Assembly: GCA_036734085.1 (NCBI GenBank)
Contig: DAIMZF010000002.1
Location: forward strand, 20,404-84,403
Origin: Aggregatilineales bacterium
GTDB lineage: Bacteria; Chloroflexota; Anaerolineae; Aggregatilineales; Phototrophicaceae
Length of the DNA stretch: 64,000 nucleotides
Direction of reading: 5' to 3'
A program made the position numbers and the translations under genes. This document shows positions 18,038 to 28,296 of this stretch, piece by piece (position 1 is the stretch's first letter; every line of letters starts with the position of its first letter). Below the pieces are notes generated by a model. The model saw only the letters and a list, made by a program, of their open reading frames with translations. It searched no databases and had not been told where the DNA came from.

Positions 18038-19159
18038 ATGACAAAATACATTGGAATCCTCACGGCAGGTGGCGATACACCCGGCCTGAATGCCGCGATA
18101 CGGGGTGTCGGCAAGGCCGCGTTGAATACTTACAACATGCAAATCATCGGCTTTCGTGATGGCTTTAGGGGGTTGATGGAAAACCGGATTGTGCGCCTGG
18201 ACAGCGAAGCACTGTCTGGAATTTTGACGATTGGCGGCACAATTTTAGGCACAAGCCGCGACAAGCCTAATAAAATGCCCATCGGCAACAAGCGTTTGGA
18301 TATGACCGATGTCATGCTGGACGTATACCAGAAGCATCATCTGGATGCGTTGGTGTGTCTGGGTGGCGGCGGCACACAGAAGAACGCGCTGTTGCTGTCC
18401 AATAAAGGCATGAATATCATCACACTCCCCAAGACGATTGATAATGACGTGCGTATGACCGATATTACCTTTGGGTATGATACCGCGCTAACCATCGCTA
18501 CCGAAGCCATAGACCGCCTGCACAGCACCGCACACAGTCATCACCGCATCATCGTGGTGGAAGTGATGGGGCATAACACTGGCTGGCTGACATTAGGGGC
18601 GGGGATTGCGGGCGGTGCGGATGTTATCCTCATCCCCGAAATGCCATACGACGCGGAAAAAGTGGCCGCCTCCATCACCGAGCGCAAACAGGGCGGCAAG
18701 CACTTCAGCATCGTGGCAATTTCCGAAGGGGCGATGTCTGTGGCGACCGCTAAGAAGTTGAATCATGTTATCGAAAAAATTAAAAACGCTAAAAATAAAT
18801 CCGAGAAGAAGAAATATAAAGCCAAATTGGTAGAGATTGAAGCCGAACGCGCTAACAGCACACACACACTGACCCGCCAATTAGAAGCGTTAACAGGTCT
18901 GGAATCACGAGTGACTATTTTAGGTCACGTTCAGCGTGGCGGTGTGCCTTCTCCATCAGACCGATTGCTGGCGACGCGATTAGGGACAGCCTGTGCCCGT
19001 GCGATTGAAGATGGCAAGTTCGGTGTGATGATGGCCGTGCAAGGGAGCGATATTGTCCATGTGCCGCTTGAGGAAGTCGCGGGGAACCGTAAGAACGTTC
19101 CGCTAGACCATCCCTGGTTAGAAACAGCGCGGGATTTGGGCGTTAATTTAGGTGATTAA
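18038..19159 (+). CDS. pfkA: 6-phosphofructokinase
   Basis: 373-aa ORF with [40 protein letters not shown] and LGHVQRGG. A Lys-rich stretch ([18 protein letters not shown]) lies between the EGA and LGH motifs. Confidence 0.9.
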   Translation: MTKYIGILTAGGDTPGLNAAIRGVGKAALNTYNMQIIGFRDGFRGLMENRIVRLDSEALSGILTIGGTILGTSRDKPNKMPIGNKRLDMTDVMLDVYQKHHLDALVCLGGGGTQKNALLLSNKGMNIITLPKTIDNDVRMTDITFGYDTALTIATEAIDRLHSTAHSHHRIIVVEVMGHNTGWLTLGAGIAGGADVILIPEMPYDAEKVAASITERKQGGKHFSIVAISEGAMSVATAKKLNHVIEKIKNAKNKSEKKKYKAKLVEIEAERANSTHTLTRQLEALTGLESRVTILGHVQRGGVPSPSDRLLATRLGTACARAIEDGKFGVMMAVQGSDIVHVPLEEVAGNRKNVPLDHPWLETARDLGVNLGD

Positions 19160-19184
19160 TATAGAACTAAAGGGAAAGTAACCC

Positions 19185-20042
19185 ATGAGCAACGGGGAAA
19201 AGTACATCTTTATCACAGGTGCGGCTTCCGGCATCGGGTTAGCCAGTGCCCGTCATTTACATCAACTGGGGTTTTCCGTGATTGTGGGTGTTTATCCCGG
19301 TGAGGATGATAGCGGGCTGGATTCCATCACAGGAGAACGCCTGCATAAACTCAGCATCGACATCACCAAGACAGACATGATTGTATCCGCACGGCAAGCG
19401 ATTGAACGCATCACTGGCGGCCATCTGTACGGATTATTCAACAATGCGGGGATGGCGATACCTGGCCCAATTGAATTTGTGCCGATTGAAGCTATTCGTC
19501 AACAACTTGATGTAAACCTCATCGGCCATGTGGAAGTTACCCAGCATCTATTGCCCTTCATCCGTGCCGCGCAAGGGCGGATTGTTAACACAACGTCCAT
19601 ATTAGGCCGTGTGACTACTGTCTTTTCCGCACCATATTGTATGTCAAAATATGCGCTGGAAGCCTTCACGGACGCACTCCGGCAGGAATTAGCGCCTTTT
19701 GGTGTGGCTGTCTCCGCAATAGAACCGGGCAACATCAAAACGGCCATATGGCGCAAGACAGGCGCGGCTACCGAAGAAATAGACGAAGAACTGCCGCCAG
19801 AAGCACGCCCACTATACGGCGATGTGATGCAAGCCTTTAAGAAGAATGTCGCTAAAATATCAGAAGAAGGCATCCCGCCGGAGCGTGTGGCGCAAGCTGT
19901 CGGCCATGCGTTCACGGCCAAGCGCCCTAAAACGCGCTATGTTGTCGGCAGTGATGCAAAACTCATCGCCTTTTTACGTCGCGTTTCCTCTGACCGTTTT
20001 ATTGACGGCCTGCTGGAACGGCGTTACCCCACCAAAAGCTAA
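19185..20042 (+). CDS. Short-chain dehydrogenase/reductase (SDR)
   Basis: 285-aa ORF with TGAASGIGLA (TGxxxGxG), NNAG and YCMSKYA (YxxxK). Confidence 0.85.
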   Translation: MSNGEKYIFITGAASGIGLASARHLHQLGFSVIVGVYPGEDDSGLDSITGERLHKLSIDITKTDMIVSARQAIERITGGHLYGLFNNAGMAIPGPIEFVPIEAIRQQLDVNLIGHVEVTQHLLPFIRAAQGRIVNTTSILGRVTTVFSAPYCMSKYALEAFTDALRQELAPFGVAVSAIEPGNIKTAIWRKTGAATEEIDEELPPEARPLYGDVMQAFKKNVAKISEEGIPPERVAQAVGHAFTAKRPKTRYVVGSDAKLIAFLRRVSSDRFIDGLLERRYPTKS

Positions 20043-20046
20043 TAAA

Positions 20047-20071
20047 AATCCCCCATGTCACGTGGGGGATT
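20047..20071. terminator. Intrinsic terminator between convergent genes
   Basis: AATCCCCCA-N7-TGGGGGATT 9-bp stem. On the minus strand TTTTTAT follows it, so it terminates the 104-aa gene. It may also serve the SDR gene. Confidence 0.65.
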
Positions 20072-20081
20072 AGGATGTTTG

Positions 20082-20396
20082 TTACTCTACTTCCACTTTG
20101 ACCTTTGCCCGGCCAGTGGTAGAAGGTGGTGTGTCGTCGCTTTCGTCGTCTTCACCGTCCTTTTTGGCCTTGCGGAGTTCGTGCATGGCCGCATCGACTA
20201 AAGCACGGAAGCCCTTTGTAAATTCTTTGCTGGCGTTGCTCCCGTGTTTACGGAAGCCTTCCGGCAGTAAGGCTTCCAGCGCGAGGCCGGTTTCCTCTAG
20301 TGCGCGGCGTTGATGATATAAAAATTCCTCAAACGGCGTGCGCGGTGATTCTTCTTCCGGCAGTTCGTTGGTGGGGTTTTCTTCATGCAGAGTCAT
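20082..20396 (-). CDS. Hypothetical charged 104-aa protein
   Basis: ORF with an ATG start and a terminator directly downstream. The sequence is helical-looking with a Glu/Asp/Lys-rich tail. No family recognised. Confidence 0.45.
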   Translation of the reverse strand: MTLHEENPTNELPEEESPRTPFEEFLYHQRRALEETGLALEALLPEGFRKHGSNASKEFTKGFRALVDAAMHELRKAKKDGEDDESDDTPPSTTGRAKVKVEVE

Positions 20397-20499
20397 TCGG
20401 TTATTTTCCTTCTCTCAACTATACGTTGTACTTGTATCATACTTTACGTATATCACGTTGAGAAGTTGTAGCAAGACCAATTATGACCTGTCCATATGG

Positions 20500-21519
20500 C
20501 TAGTATCCGCGTGTGCGCTCTAGTCGATTGAGCAAAGGCCGCTTTTCCACATACCGCCGCAGATTTTCCTCGAACACGGCGGCGGCGCGTTCGTTATAGC
20601 GCGTGTTATTCCCGGCTACGTGCGGGCTAATGATGACATTCTCTAAATTCCACAACGGACTGGAAGATGGCAAAGGTTCTTTCTCGAAGACATCCAGCGC
20701 CGCCCCGCCGATTTTTTCCGCCGCCAGTGCGTTAATGAGCGCGGCTTCATCTATCACACTACCCCGCGCAATGTTGATGAGCAGGGCATTTTTTTTCATC
20801 TGATTTAATATCCCTGCGTTGATGAGGTGATGGGTCTGCGGGGTGAGGGGCACAGTGACCACCAAAAAATCGCATTCCTGCACCATCGTCCCCAGCGCTT
20901 CCGGCGGATACAACCGCTCTGGAATGTCGCCTGTGGGGTCGCCTGTGCCCGGTTCGATAAAACCTTCATCATCCAGCGTGTTCAGCAGATTTCGCTTTGT
21001 GGCGAGTACCTTCATGCCGAATTGGTCAGCTAACCGCGCCAATTCCCGCCCGATACTCCCATAACCCACAATGCCTAGCGTTTGCTCACGTAAAGTTAAT
21101 GGGCGAAAAGTCTGGTGGGGTTTATCCGGCCAGTGGACGCTTTGCTTGTTCCTGAACATCTGCGGTAGTTTATATTCCCATGCCAGCATCATACCCATAC
21201 AGTATTCCGCAATAGGTACGGCATGAATCCCGCTTGCGGAGGTAATCTCAACATCTTCAACCTGGCCGATGCGACTGTCAACCACATTATCCAACCCGGC
21301 ATAATGCAATTGTATCCAGCGCAGATGCGGCGCTTGGACTGGCTCTGGAAAGTTAAACACCGTGTATAGCACTTCCACATCCTTGTAAGCGGAAGCCGGA
21401 ACATCCGGGTAACGCCGCTCGATTTGTAATCTGTCGGAGACTGCCCGCAGGCGTTCAAGGAGTTCCTCGTTAAAATCCATGCACACCAACACGCGGATTT
21501 TATCTTGTGTATCGCTCAT
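20500..21519 (-). CDS. D-isomer-specific 2-hydroxyacid dehydrogenase family protein
   Basis: 339-aa ORF with GIVGYGSIGRELA (NAD GxGxxG), ARGSVIDEAAL, LDVFEKEPL and ISPHVAG. Confidence 0.85.
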   Translation of the reverse strand: MSDTQDKIRVLVCMDFNEELLERLRAVSDRLQIERRYPDVPASAYKDVEVLYTVFNFPEPVQAPHLRWIQLHYAGLDNVVDSRIGQVEDVEITSASGIHAVPIAEYCMGMMLAWEYKLPQMFRNKQSVHWPDKPHQTFRPLTLREQTLGIVGYGSIGRELARLADQFGMKVLATKRNLLNTLDDEGFIEPGTGDPTGDIPERLYPPEALGTMVQECDFLVVTVPLTPQTHHLINAGILNQMKKNALLINIARGSVIDEAALINALAAEKIGGAALDVFEKEPLPSSSPLWNLENVIISPHVAGNNTRYNERAAAVFEENLRRYVEKRPLLNRLERTRGY

Positions 21520-21635
21520 TGTTCTTTCCCTTCTTCGTGGTACGCCTGCTGATTATAACGTAGCTTGGGCGGGTGCGGTGTGTTAGAGTCTGTGCAATTG
21601 GCCTTATTAACGAACCAGACGGAGGACTGTCCACA

Positions 21636-22430
21636 ATGGGGTTACTAGATGGCAAGGTCGCGCTGATTTTTGGTGTGGCGAACAAGAATTCAATCGCTTG
21701 GGGGATTGCACAGGCCTTCCATGCGGAAGGGGCGCAGATTGCACTCAGTTATGCGGGTGAAGTCCTGCAAAAGCGAGTCCTGCCGTTGGCGGCGGAAATT
21801 GGCTGTGATTTTGTGGAAGAGTGTGATGTAACCGACGACGCGCAGATTGATGCACTGTTTGATAAAGTGCGCGAGCGTTACGGGCGGGTGGATGTTCTCG
21901 TCCATGCGATTGCTTATGCCGAGCGCGATGACTTAGGCGGGCGCTTCGTGGATGTATCCCGCAGTGGCTTTAAGCTCGCGTTGGACATCAGCGCCTATAG
22001 CCTGATTGCGCTGGCAAAACGTACAGAGCCGTTGATGCCGGAAGGTGGTAGCATGATGACGTTGACGTACTATGCGGCGGAAAAGGTCATGCCAGCATAT
22101 AACGTAATGGCTGTTGCAAAAGCCGCCCTGGAATCAATTACGCGCTATCTGGCCTTCGACTTAGGCCCCCATAATATCCGTGTGAACGCCATCAGTGCCG
22201 GGCCTATTAAAACACTTTCTGCGGCGGGTGTGCCGGGCTTACGCACGTTCTTGAAATATGTGGAAAGTAGCTCACCACTGGGGCGCGGCGTCACACAAGA
22301 AGATGTTGCGAATACGGCGCTGTATTTAGCGTCCGGGTTGTCTTCTGCGGTGACAGGGGAGATTATTCATGTGGATTCCGGCTATAACATCCTGGGGCTG
22401 ACCGCCCCGCGTGATGAACTGGACTTGTAA
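21636..22430 (+). CDS. fabI: Enoyl-[acyl-carrier-protein] reductase (NADH)
   Basis: Start set to ATG 21636, with a GGAGGA SD 9 nt upstream. Motifs are [25 protein letters not shown], a YxxxxxxK-type region ([12 protein letters not shown]) and ISAGPIKT. Confidence 0.9.
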   Translation: MGLLDGKVALIFGVANKNSIAWGIAQAFHAEGAQIALSYAGEVLQKRVLPLAAEIGCDFVEECDVTDDAQIDALFDKVRERYGRVDVLVHAIAYAERDDLGGRFVDVSRSGFKLALDISAYSLIALAKRTEPLMPEGGSMMTLTYYAAEKVMPAYNVMAVAKAALESITRYLAFDLGPHNIRVNAISAGPIKTLSAAGVPGLRTFLKYVESSSPLGRGVTQEDVANTALYLASGLSSAVTGEIIHVDSGYNILGLTAPRDELDL

Positions 22431-22447
22431 CCTGTTCTCTGTTATCT

Positions 22448-22487
22448 AGCCTGTAGGGGAATAGGCATAGCTTTTCCCCTACAGGCT
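22448..22487. terminator. Bidirectional hairpin between fabI and bioY
   Basis: 13-bp perfect stem, AGCCTGTAGGGGA / TCCCCTACAGGCT, with a 14-nt loop. Confidence 0.65.
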
Positions 22488-22506
22488 GAATCAGATGGAA
22501 GATAAA

Positions 22507-23067
22507 TTAAAAATACCGCTTGATCAACGCCCGCCCGGTTTCCGTGAATCCGGCGGCGGCGATGGCCTTCACAATGTCAAAAGCGATGAATGGCGCAACA
22601 CTCCACGCCCACGCCTGTGACCAATCCACATTAAGTGTGACCTTGAGCACGGGCAATCCGAAGGCATATACAATCGCCACACCCACCAACCCGGCGATAA
22701 AGCGTTGCCAGATACGAGTCGCGCCATGCTCCACCAGATAACCAGCCACAAATGCCGCCGGGATAAAGCCGATGATGTACCCGGCAGTCGCACCCGTCAG
22801 GACGCTCATCCCGCCGGAAGCATCCGCCGCGATAGGTGCGCCGAACGCGATGAGTGCGGTATAGGCAATTTGTGTGATTGCGCCGTCGCGTGCCCCTAAA
22901 ATCATCCCGGAGAGCAGGACGATAAAGACCTGCAAAGTATAAGGCGCAGGGCTGTTCAGATAAAACTTAAATTGAGCAGAGAGCGCCGTCAAGCCGACGA
23001 ATAGCGCAATCAACGCCGCCCGTTGTACCCATGCCAGATTACGTGTTTGTGTTAAAGTACGAAACAT
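22507..23067 (-). CDS. bioY: Biotin transporter BioY (ECF S-component)
   Basis: 186-aa ORF with six hydrophobic helices. BioY-like motifs are PYTLQVFIVLLSGMILG and AGYIIGFIPAAFVAGYL. Confidence 0.8.
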   Translation of the reverse strand: MFRTLTQTRNLAWVQRAALIALFVGLTALSAQFKFYLNSPAPYTLQVFIVLLSGMILGARDGAITQIAYTALIAFGAPIAADASGGMSVLTGATAGYIIGFIPAAFVAGYLVEHGATRIWQRFIAGLVGVAIVYAFGLPVLKVTLNVDWSQAWAWSVAPFIAFDIVKAIAAAGFTETGRALIKRYF

Positions 23068-23165
23068 AATGAATTAAACCCTTTCGTAAAGGTTTGGCTG
23101 TGTGGTCACAGAGCCACCAACTTTAAAAATCTTCTATTGATTTAAAACACCGTGTCGGGCATTGG

Positions 23166-23465
23166 TTACGTGCGGTTTTCCGGCAAGGGTTCCACCGTCA
23201 CGCGCACCAACTCATACGCGGAGTCGTTGCGTACATCGGGCAAGCCACTGTAACCGGATTTCTCCCGTTCAATCAATGTGACCCGCGTGCCCTTGCCAAT
23301 GAGGTCATAACTTGTTACCCATTCGCCGATGTTTTGCACATTGCGGAAGATCGTCAACTTCGATTGGCGATCCATGCGGCGCAGGCGGCGCTTGGCTTGC
23401 ATAAAGTTCATCTGGATTAAATCGTTGAGCAGTTTTTCCCGCTCGCGCTCGTTAAGATATGCCAT
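23166..23465 (-). CDS. Hypothetical 99-aa protein
   Basis: ORF with an ATG start. No recognised motifs. Confidence 0.4.
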   Translation of the reverse strand: MAYLNEREREKLLNDLIQMNFMQAKRRLRRMDRQSKLTIFRNVQNIGEWVTSYDLIGKGTRVTLIEREKSGYSGLPDVRNDSAYELVRVTVEPLPENRT

Positions 23466-23585
23466 CGTCTTACTATCCTTACCCCGATGTAACCATAATC
23501 AACAGGACGGGCATTTTTATCAATTGCCTGCCATCCGCTATTTTAGCGTGTATACTTGAGTGTGGAAATAGCAAAAGAGATTCTG

Positions 23586-24833
23586 ATGTTTGATGACTTT
23601 TTTACACCACAAAGCCTGACGGTTACTCAGCTTACGTCCCACATCGCCAGCTTGTTTGATGAGGACATTGTGCTGAAAGATGCGTGGGTGGCTGGCGAAA
23701 TCTCTAACCTGACGCGCGCGAGTTCCGGCCATTGGTACTTCACACTCAAAGACCAGGAAGCGCAATTGCGCTGTGTGATGTGGCGCAGTTCTGCTACCCG
23801 CCAGCGCTTCACCCCGTCCGACGGCGACGCCGTAGAAGTGCATGGCAAGGTGCAAATCTACTCTCCGCGTGGGGAATATCAGCTTTACGCTGATGTCATC
23901 CGCCCGGTAGGGGTGGGGGATTTATACCAGCAGTTCGAGCGCCTTAAAGTCAGGCTAGAGGCCGATGGGCTGTTCGACGCTGACCGCAAACGCGAGACTC
24001 CGCTTTTACCCCTCAAAATTGGTATCGTCACTTCGCCGACTGCCGCCGCTTTTCAGGATGTTTTAAATATATTGCATCGCCGCTTCCCGTTGGCGGAGGT
24101 CATACTCAGCCCGACGATGGTGCAGGGGACAGAAGCCCCCCCGCAGATTATCCGGGCATTAGAGCGCCTGAACGATTACGGCGATTTAGATGTGATTTTA
24201 CTGTGTCGGGGTGGCGGCAGTATCGAGGATTTGTGGGCGTTTAATGATGAAGGGGTGGCGCGGGCAGTGGCCGCCAGTCGCATCCCGGTGATTACCGGCG
24301 TTGGGCACGAGACAGACTTCACGATTGTGGATTTTGTGAGTGATTTACGCGCTCCCACACCGTCTGCGGCGGCAGAATTGGCGACGCCGGATATTGAAGA
24401 ATTACGTCAAACGCTGGATGACCACGCCGCGCTGATTGCCGCGCTGATGGATGACCGCATCGCCGCATCGCGCCGAGATTTAGAGGTCGCCTTGCGCGGC
24501 TTACGCTATGGCTCACCGGAGGGTGTCATCCGCACGAACCGCCAACGCATGGATGATTTAAACGGGCGGCTAGTTCGGGCACAACGCGGACGCATTACGC
24601 TATTACGAGAGCGATTAGCGGCACGCGCAAGTGCGCTCATCGTAGCCGACCCCAAAGCGATTTTATCGCGGGGGTACGCCATCGTGACGCGCACCACAGA
24701 TGGCAGGCGCGTGTTGACGGGGGCAGACGCGCCACCCGGTACAGCAATTACACTTCAGCTTGCGGATGATGAATTGAAGGCACGAGTAGAGGATAAAGAC
24801 CAGCATGAGCGATACCAACGCAAACTCTTTTAA
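23586..24833 (+). CDS. xseA: Exodeoxyribonuclease VII large subunit
   Basis: An OB-fold N-terminus (VAGEISNLTRASSGHWYFTLKD) is followed by the catalytic core (IGIVTSPTAAA, CRGGGSIEDLWAFN, GVGHETDFTI). ATG 23586 is preferred over the TTG at 23556. Confidence 0.9.
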   Translation: MFDDFFTPQSLTVTQLTSHIASLFDEDIVLKDAWVAGEISNLTRASSGHWYFTLKDQEAQLRCVMWRSSATRQRFTPSDGDAVEVHGKVQIYSPRGEYQLYADVIRPVGVGDLYQQFERLKVRLEADGLFDADRKRETPLLPLKIGIVTSPTAAAFQDVLNILHRRFPLAEVILSPTMVQGTEAPPQIIRALERLNDYGDLDVILLCRGGGSIEDLWAFNDEGVARAVAASRIPVITGVGHETDFTIVDFVSDLRAPTPSAAAELATPDIEELRQTLDDHAALIAALMDDRIAASRRDLEVALRGLRYGSPEGVIRTNRQRMDDLNGRLVRAQRGRITLLRERLAARASALIVADPKAILSRGYAIVTRTTDGRRVLTGADAPPGTAITLQLADDELKARVEDKDQHERYQRKLF

Positions 24834-25035
24834 TGGCGTATCATTCGAGGAAGCCCACACGGAACTGGAGCGTATTGTAACGCGGCTGGAATCCGGTGAG
24901 TTATCATTGGAAGAATCGGTCAAATTATTTGAGCGCGGGCGTAAGTTGGCGGTGTATTGTCAATCCGTGTTAGATGCGGCGGAATTGCGCGTTAACCAGA
25001 TTGCGGATGATGGAAGTGTGTCACCGTTACGTTAA
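24805..25035 (+). CDS. xseB: Exodeoxyribonuclease VII small subunit
   Basis: 76-aa ORF overlapping the xseA 3' end, with FEEAHTELERIVTRLESGELSLEESVKLFERG. Confidence 0.9.
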   Translation: MSDTNANSFNGVSFEEAHTELERIVTRLESGELSLEESVKLFERGRKLAVYCQSVLDAAELRVNQIADDGSVSPLR

Positions 25036-26636
25036 CCGCGCCGCAGTCGCCGCGTGATGATGCTCACTTCATCCATGCGGAGTAAGACCGCTAGCACGAA
25101 GAAGCACATCACACCCACGCTTGCACCCAAAAATAGAATCACCATCTGCGGGGCGTTAGCTAACGCGGATGCCAACACCCACACGGCCAACCCCATGCCG
25201 CCTGCCGCCAGCAATCCACGCTGAATTGTGGCGAAAATCTGTTTATCGCCTAAATCCCCAATCCGCCGCCGCAATAGCCACCACAGCACGCCCGCCTCAA
25301 TTAAAGTGGTCAGGCTATTAGCAAGTGCCAGACCTGCGAACGGCCCACGCACAAGCGAACCGGGCACGCCAATAAATTGGATAAAAACGATGCTCAAGAT
25401 AATATTGCCGATAATCGCGCCGATGCCAATTTTTACCGGCGTCCACGTATCTGCTAGCGCGTAAAAAGCACGCGAGAGAAGCTCTAACAAGCCGTGCCCG
25501 GCCATGCCTAGCGCGAAGAAAGCCAGCGCCCATGCTGTTGCCTGCGTGCTTTCGCGTGTCCATTCGCCGCGCTCAAAAATTGCCACCAGTGGCTCGCCCA
25601 GGAGGATAAGCCCAACACTCGCCGGAATCCCTAAAAATAGTACGCCCCGCATTGCGGAAGATAACCGCGCTTTGTAGCCCTCCATGTCCCCCTCAGCCAC
25701 GAGTGCGCTTAAAGTCGGGAATACCGACGTTCCTACACTCTGCGCTAGGATGCCCAGAATAAAGAACGCTAAAAACCACGCGACCTGTAGCGCGGTCTGG
25801 CTACCTGTCACCATCGTAGAGGCGAAAGCGACATTAACGATAAAATTAATCTGTACGACAGCCAGTCCCAACACACGTGGGAGCATCAGCGCGAGGACTT
25901 CGCGTGTGCCTTCAATACGCCAATTGAGGTTAAAACGCAGGCGTGCGCGTATCTTATAAAGCCCGGGCACTTGCACCAGCAAATGCAACGTTGCACCCAA
26001 TATCGCGCCATAAGCCAGGCCGTACACGTTTGCGCTAGGGCCGCCTTCTGTCAAACTAAGTGGCTCTAGCATCCGTGTGATGACTAACGCGCCAAAAATC
26101 TGCCCCAGGTTGTACATGCTGGCCGCTAACGCCGGGAATAAAAAGTTCTGATGGGCGTTGAGGATGCCCATAGACAGGCCACTGGCGGCGAAAATCACGG
26201 TTGTTAGTAACAAGATGCGTGTCAGGTCAACGGTTAGGGCTTGTTCGGCGGCAGTCCTGCCGGGCACGAGGATAATAGGCACGATGACCGGTGCAAATAT
26301 CGCCAGAATAAGTGCCATCAATCCTGCCGCCAATGTGGAGAGTGTCATCACGCTACTGGCGAGCTTCCAGGCGTGGGACTGGCTTTCCGGCTTAAGGTAA
26401 CGCGCAAATACAGGCACAAAGGACGAGCCAAGCGCCCCGCCTGCCACCACCACGAAAAGCAATTCCGGGATGCGTTGCGCGGCGTAGAAGGCGTCTAACT
26501 CCGCACTGGTGCCGAACATCGCGCTAAATGCGCCCGTTCGTACAAGCCCCAATAGGCCACTTGCCAAAAAGCCGAAGGAGACAACGACGGCGGCGCGTAA
26601 AATCTGTCTGTTAGTCAGTGCGCGTGAATTACTCAT
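25032..26636 (-). CDS. murJ: Lipid II flippase MurJ
   Basis: 534-aa polytopic ORF. MurJ/MviN-like motifs are FGTSAELDAFYAAQRIPE, LMLPRVLGLAVVQINF and FYALADTWTPV. Confidence 0.85.
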   Translation of the reverse strand: MSNSRALTNRQILRAAVVVSFGFLASGLLGLVRTGAFSAMFGTSAELDAFYAAQRIPELLFVVVAGGALGSSFVPVFARYLKPESQSHAWKLASSVMTLSTLAAGLMALILAIFAPVIVPIILVPGRTAAEQALTVDLTRILLLTTVIFAASGLSMGILNAHQNFLFPALAASMYNLGQIFGALVITRMLEPLSLTEGGPSANVYGLAYGAILGATLHLLVQVPGLYKIRARLRFNLNWRIEGTREVLALMLPRVLGLAVVQINFIVNVAFASTMVTGSQTALQVAWFLAFFILGILAQSVGTSVFPTLSALVAEGDMEGYKARLSSAMRGVLFLGIPASVGLILLGEPLVAIFERGEWTRESTQATAWALAFFALGMAGHGLLELLSRAFYALADTWTPVKIGIGAIIGNIILSIVFIQFIGVPGSLVRGPFAGLALANSLTTLIEAGVLWWLLRRRIGDLGDKQIFATIQRGLLAAGGMGLAVWVLASALANAPQMVILFLGASVGVMCFFVLAVLLRMDEVSIITRRLRRG

Positions 26637-26642
26637 CGGGGG

Positions 26643-27152
26643 TCACCATACTTTATATGTGTCGAGTTCACGCTCACGTTTGGCATAGTCCGGCAGGTAT
26701 TCCGCCAATTGAGTCCAAAACGCCGCGCTATGGTTAAAAACAATCATGTGGACAAGTTCATGCACCACAACATATTCCGCCAGATGCACGGGGACATAAA
26801 ATAGCGCCGTATTCAGCGTGATGTTGCCCTTGCTGGAACAAGACCCCCATTTGCGCGTCATGGCGCGGAACTGCACACGCTGGGGCTGTACGCCGATTTT
26901 AAGCGCCCATGCCTCAACCCATGCGCGGAGTGTGCATTCATCGGATAGCGGCTTTTTGGGTATAGGGGGCGCGACAGCTTCCAGCTTTTTTAGGGCTTGC
27001 CGCAAAAACTTCTTCACCTGCGGATGATCAACCGGGAGCCAATGCGGTAGACGCAGAACGGGTTTTCCGGCAGGGCTTAACGAGAGCGTCATGGATTTTC
27101 TGTTTTGCCGTTTAACTTGCACCTGTGGGAATTGAGGGTGAAATTCCGGCAT
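26643..27152 (-). CDS. YgjP-like (DUF45/M48-related) metal-dependent hydrolase
   Basis: 169-aa ORF with RKWGSCSSKGNITLN and an HEXXH site (VVHELVHMIVFNHS). Confidence 0.75.
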   Translation of the reverse strand: MPEFHPQFPQVQVKRQNRKSMTLSLSPAGKPVLRLPHWLPVDHPQVKKFLRQALKKLEAVAPPIPKKPLSDECTLRAWVEAWALKIGVQPQRVQFRAMTRKWGSCSSKGNITLNTALFYVPVHLAEYVVVHELVHMIVFNHSAAFWTQLAEYLPDYAKRERELDTYKVW

Positions 27153-27154
27153 GG

Positions 27155-27631
27155 TTAACGGGTCACTCTATCAAACGGAATGAGGTTAAACTTAATCGCT
27201 ACGCGGATGTTGGCGAGGGCGGCTTCTACCCCTGCTTGTTCCTCATGGCTTAAGTCGAGCGCGTTATAGTCATCTTCGTCTAATAGATGCAAACTGCCAT
27301 CCGGCATGACGACAACATCCAACGCTAAGTCATCGGCGGCGATAGCCTCCGTGCTGATTTCCGCCGGGCGTGTTATGTTGCAGTACCAGCCTTTAATCGT
27401 GTTAGTATCCCCATCATGGACGCGGAAAACGTTATAGTAGCGGTCTGTATAGAACCATTCCACCATGCGATCACCGATGTTAAACGTAAAAAAGCCGATG
27501 TCCACACTTTCACGGCTGAACCATGCTTCTACACACATCGAGGTGTCATCACGACTGAGGACTTTAGCGGGATAGTTGAGGATAGGCTGGCTGTTATAGT
27601 CGCGCTTGATGACGGTGATCACTTCGCTCAT
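27155..27631 (-). CDS. DUF402-domain protein (nucleoside di/triphosphatase-like)
   Basis: 158-aa ORF. The pattern WFYTDRYYNVF...GWYCNITRP...DLALDVVV is typical of DUF402. Confidence 0.6.
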   Translation of the reverse strand: MSEVITVIKRDYNSQPILNYPAKVLSRDDTSMCVEAWFSRESVDIGFFTFNIGDRMVEWFYTDRYYNVFRVHDGDTNTIKGWYCNITRPAEISTEAIAADDLALDVVVMPDGSLHLLDEDDYNALDLSHEEQAGVEAALANIRVAIKFNLIPFDRVTR

Positions 27632-28284
27632 CAGGCGCGGCCTTTCGTGTGGATGACTAACAAAACGCCTTCCTCCGTGCTGACGGTTGCTTGCGCTTGT
27701 GTGAGTACGTTACTAATGCCGCGTGCCGGGCCAAAGGCTAATGTTTCCCCGTGTAGCGGATAGTATAAGCCCTGTGTGCGGATGCCATGCACAGCACCCC
27801 CTAATGGAATTAAGGAAATTGTATCCCCTTCATCACCCCGTACGGTATGTGTGCCAGGATGCACCAACCATACCGCCTGATTTCCGGCGAGTAGGCGTAC
27901 ATCACACCCTTCTAACTCCGGCAAGGCCAGCAGATACATATTGCCAATCGTTTGATCCAGGCGATTGCCTGCCCCGCCGATAATGCGTATCCAATCTGCG
28001 CCGCGCTCACGGGCTAACTTCAAGGCCAGTTCCAGGTCGGTGTAATCTTTTTCCGGCGGGAAGTTGATAAACTCGGTATCATCGGCGTGGAGTTCTGCCT
28101 GTTCCTCTGCGCTTAATGAATCAAAATCACCGACGACAGTCTGCACCCGCCAACCATAATAGGTGGCTACCCGTGCGCCGCCGTCTGCCGCGATAACGTG
28201 AGGGGCGGAAGCCTTGCGGAGCGCATCGCGCACCATTGAGCCGTCGTAAACGTCTCCATTTGCAAAGATAAGGGCCTGTGACAT
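27631..28284 (-). CDS. thiN: Thiamine pyrophosphokinase
   Basis: 217-aa ORF with IAADGGA, VGDFDS, EKDYTDLELAL and GGAGNRLDQ. Confidence 0.8.
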   Translation of the reverse strand: MSQALIFANGDVYDGSMVRDALRKASAPHVIAADGGARVATYYGWRVQTVVGDFDSLSAEEQAELHADDTEFINFPPEKDYTDLELALKLARERGADWIRIIGGAGNRLDQTIGNMYLLALPELEGCDVRLLAGNQAVWLVHPGTHTVRGDEGDTISLIPLGGAVHGIRTQGLYYPLHGETLAFGPARGISNVLTQAQATVSTEEGVLLVIHTKGRA

Positions 28285-28296
28285 GGGCGATAAATT

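Noticed and set aside
17660-18142. 160-aa minus-strand ORF spanning the DUF423 gene and the pfk start.
   Set aside because: It overlaps two genes with clear family signatures and the intergenic promoter region. Its composition is Arg/Gly-rich frame noise.
18734-18877. The Lys-rich stretch in phosphofructokinase as a novel insertion.
   Set aside because: The region between the EGA and LGHxQRGG motifs varies in length among PFK subfamilies. Without an alignment I cannot show that it is unusual.
21573-21635. N-terminal extensions offered by the ORF track. Examples: fabI at 21573, the REC-GGDEF gene up to 38656, the CopD-like gene up to 49737, the TPR/trypsin gene at 8496, the HTH gene at 63425, DUF423 at 17952 and the lipoprotein at 58284.
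   Set aside because: The extensions lack SD sequences, overlap neighbouring genes or promoters, or add non-homologous residues ahead of well-known N-termini. Internal ATGs with SDs were preferred.
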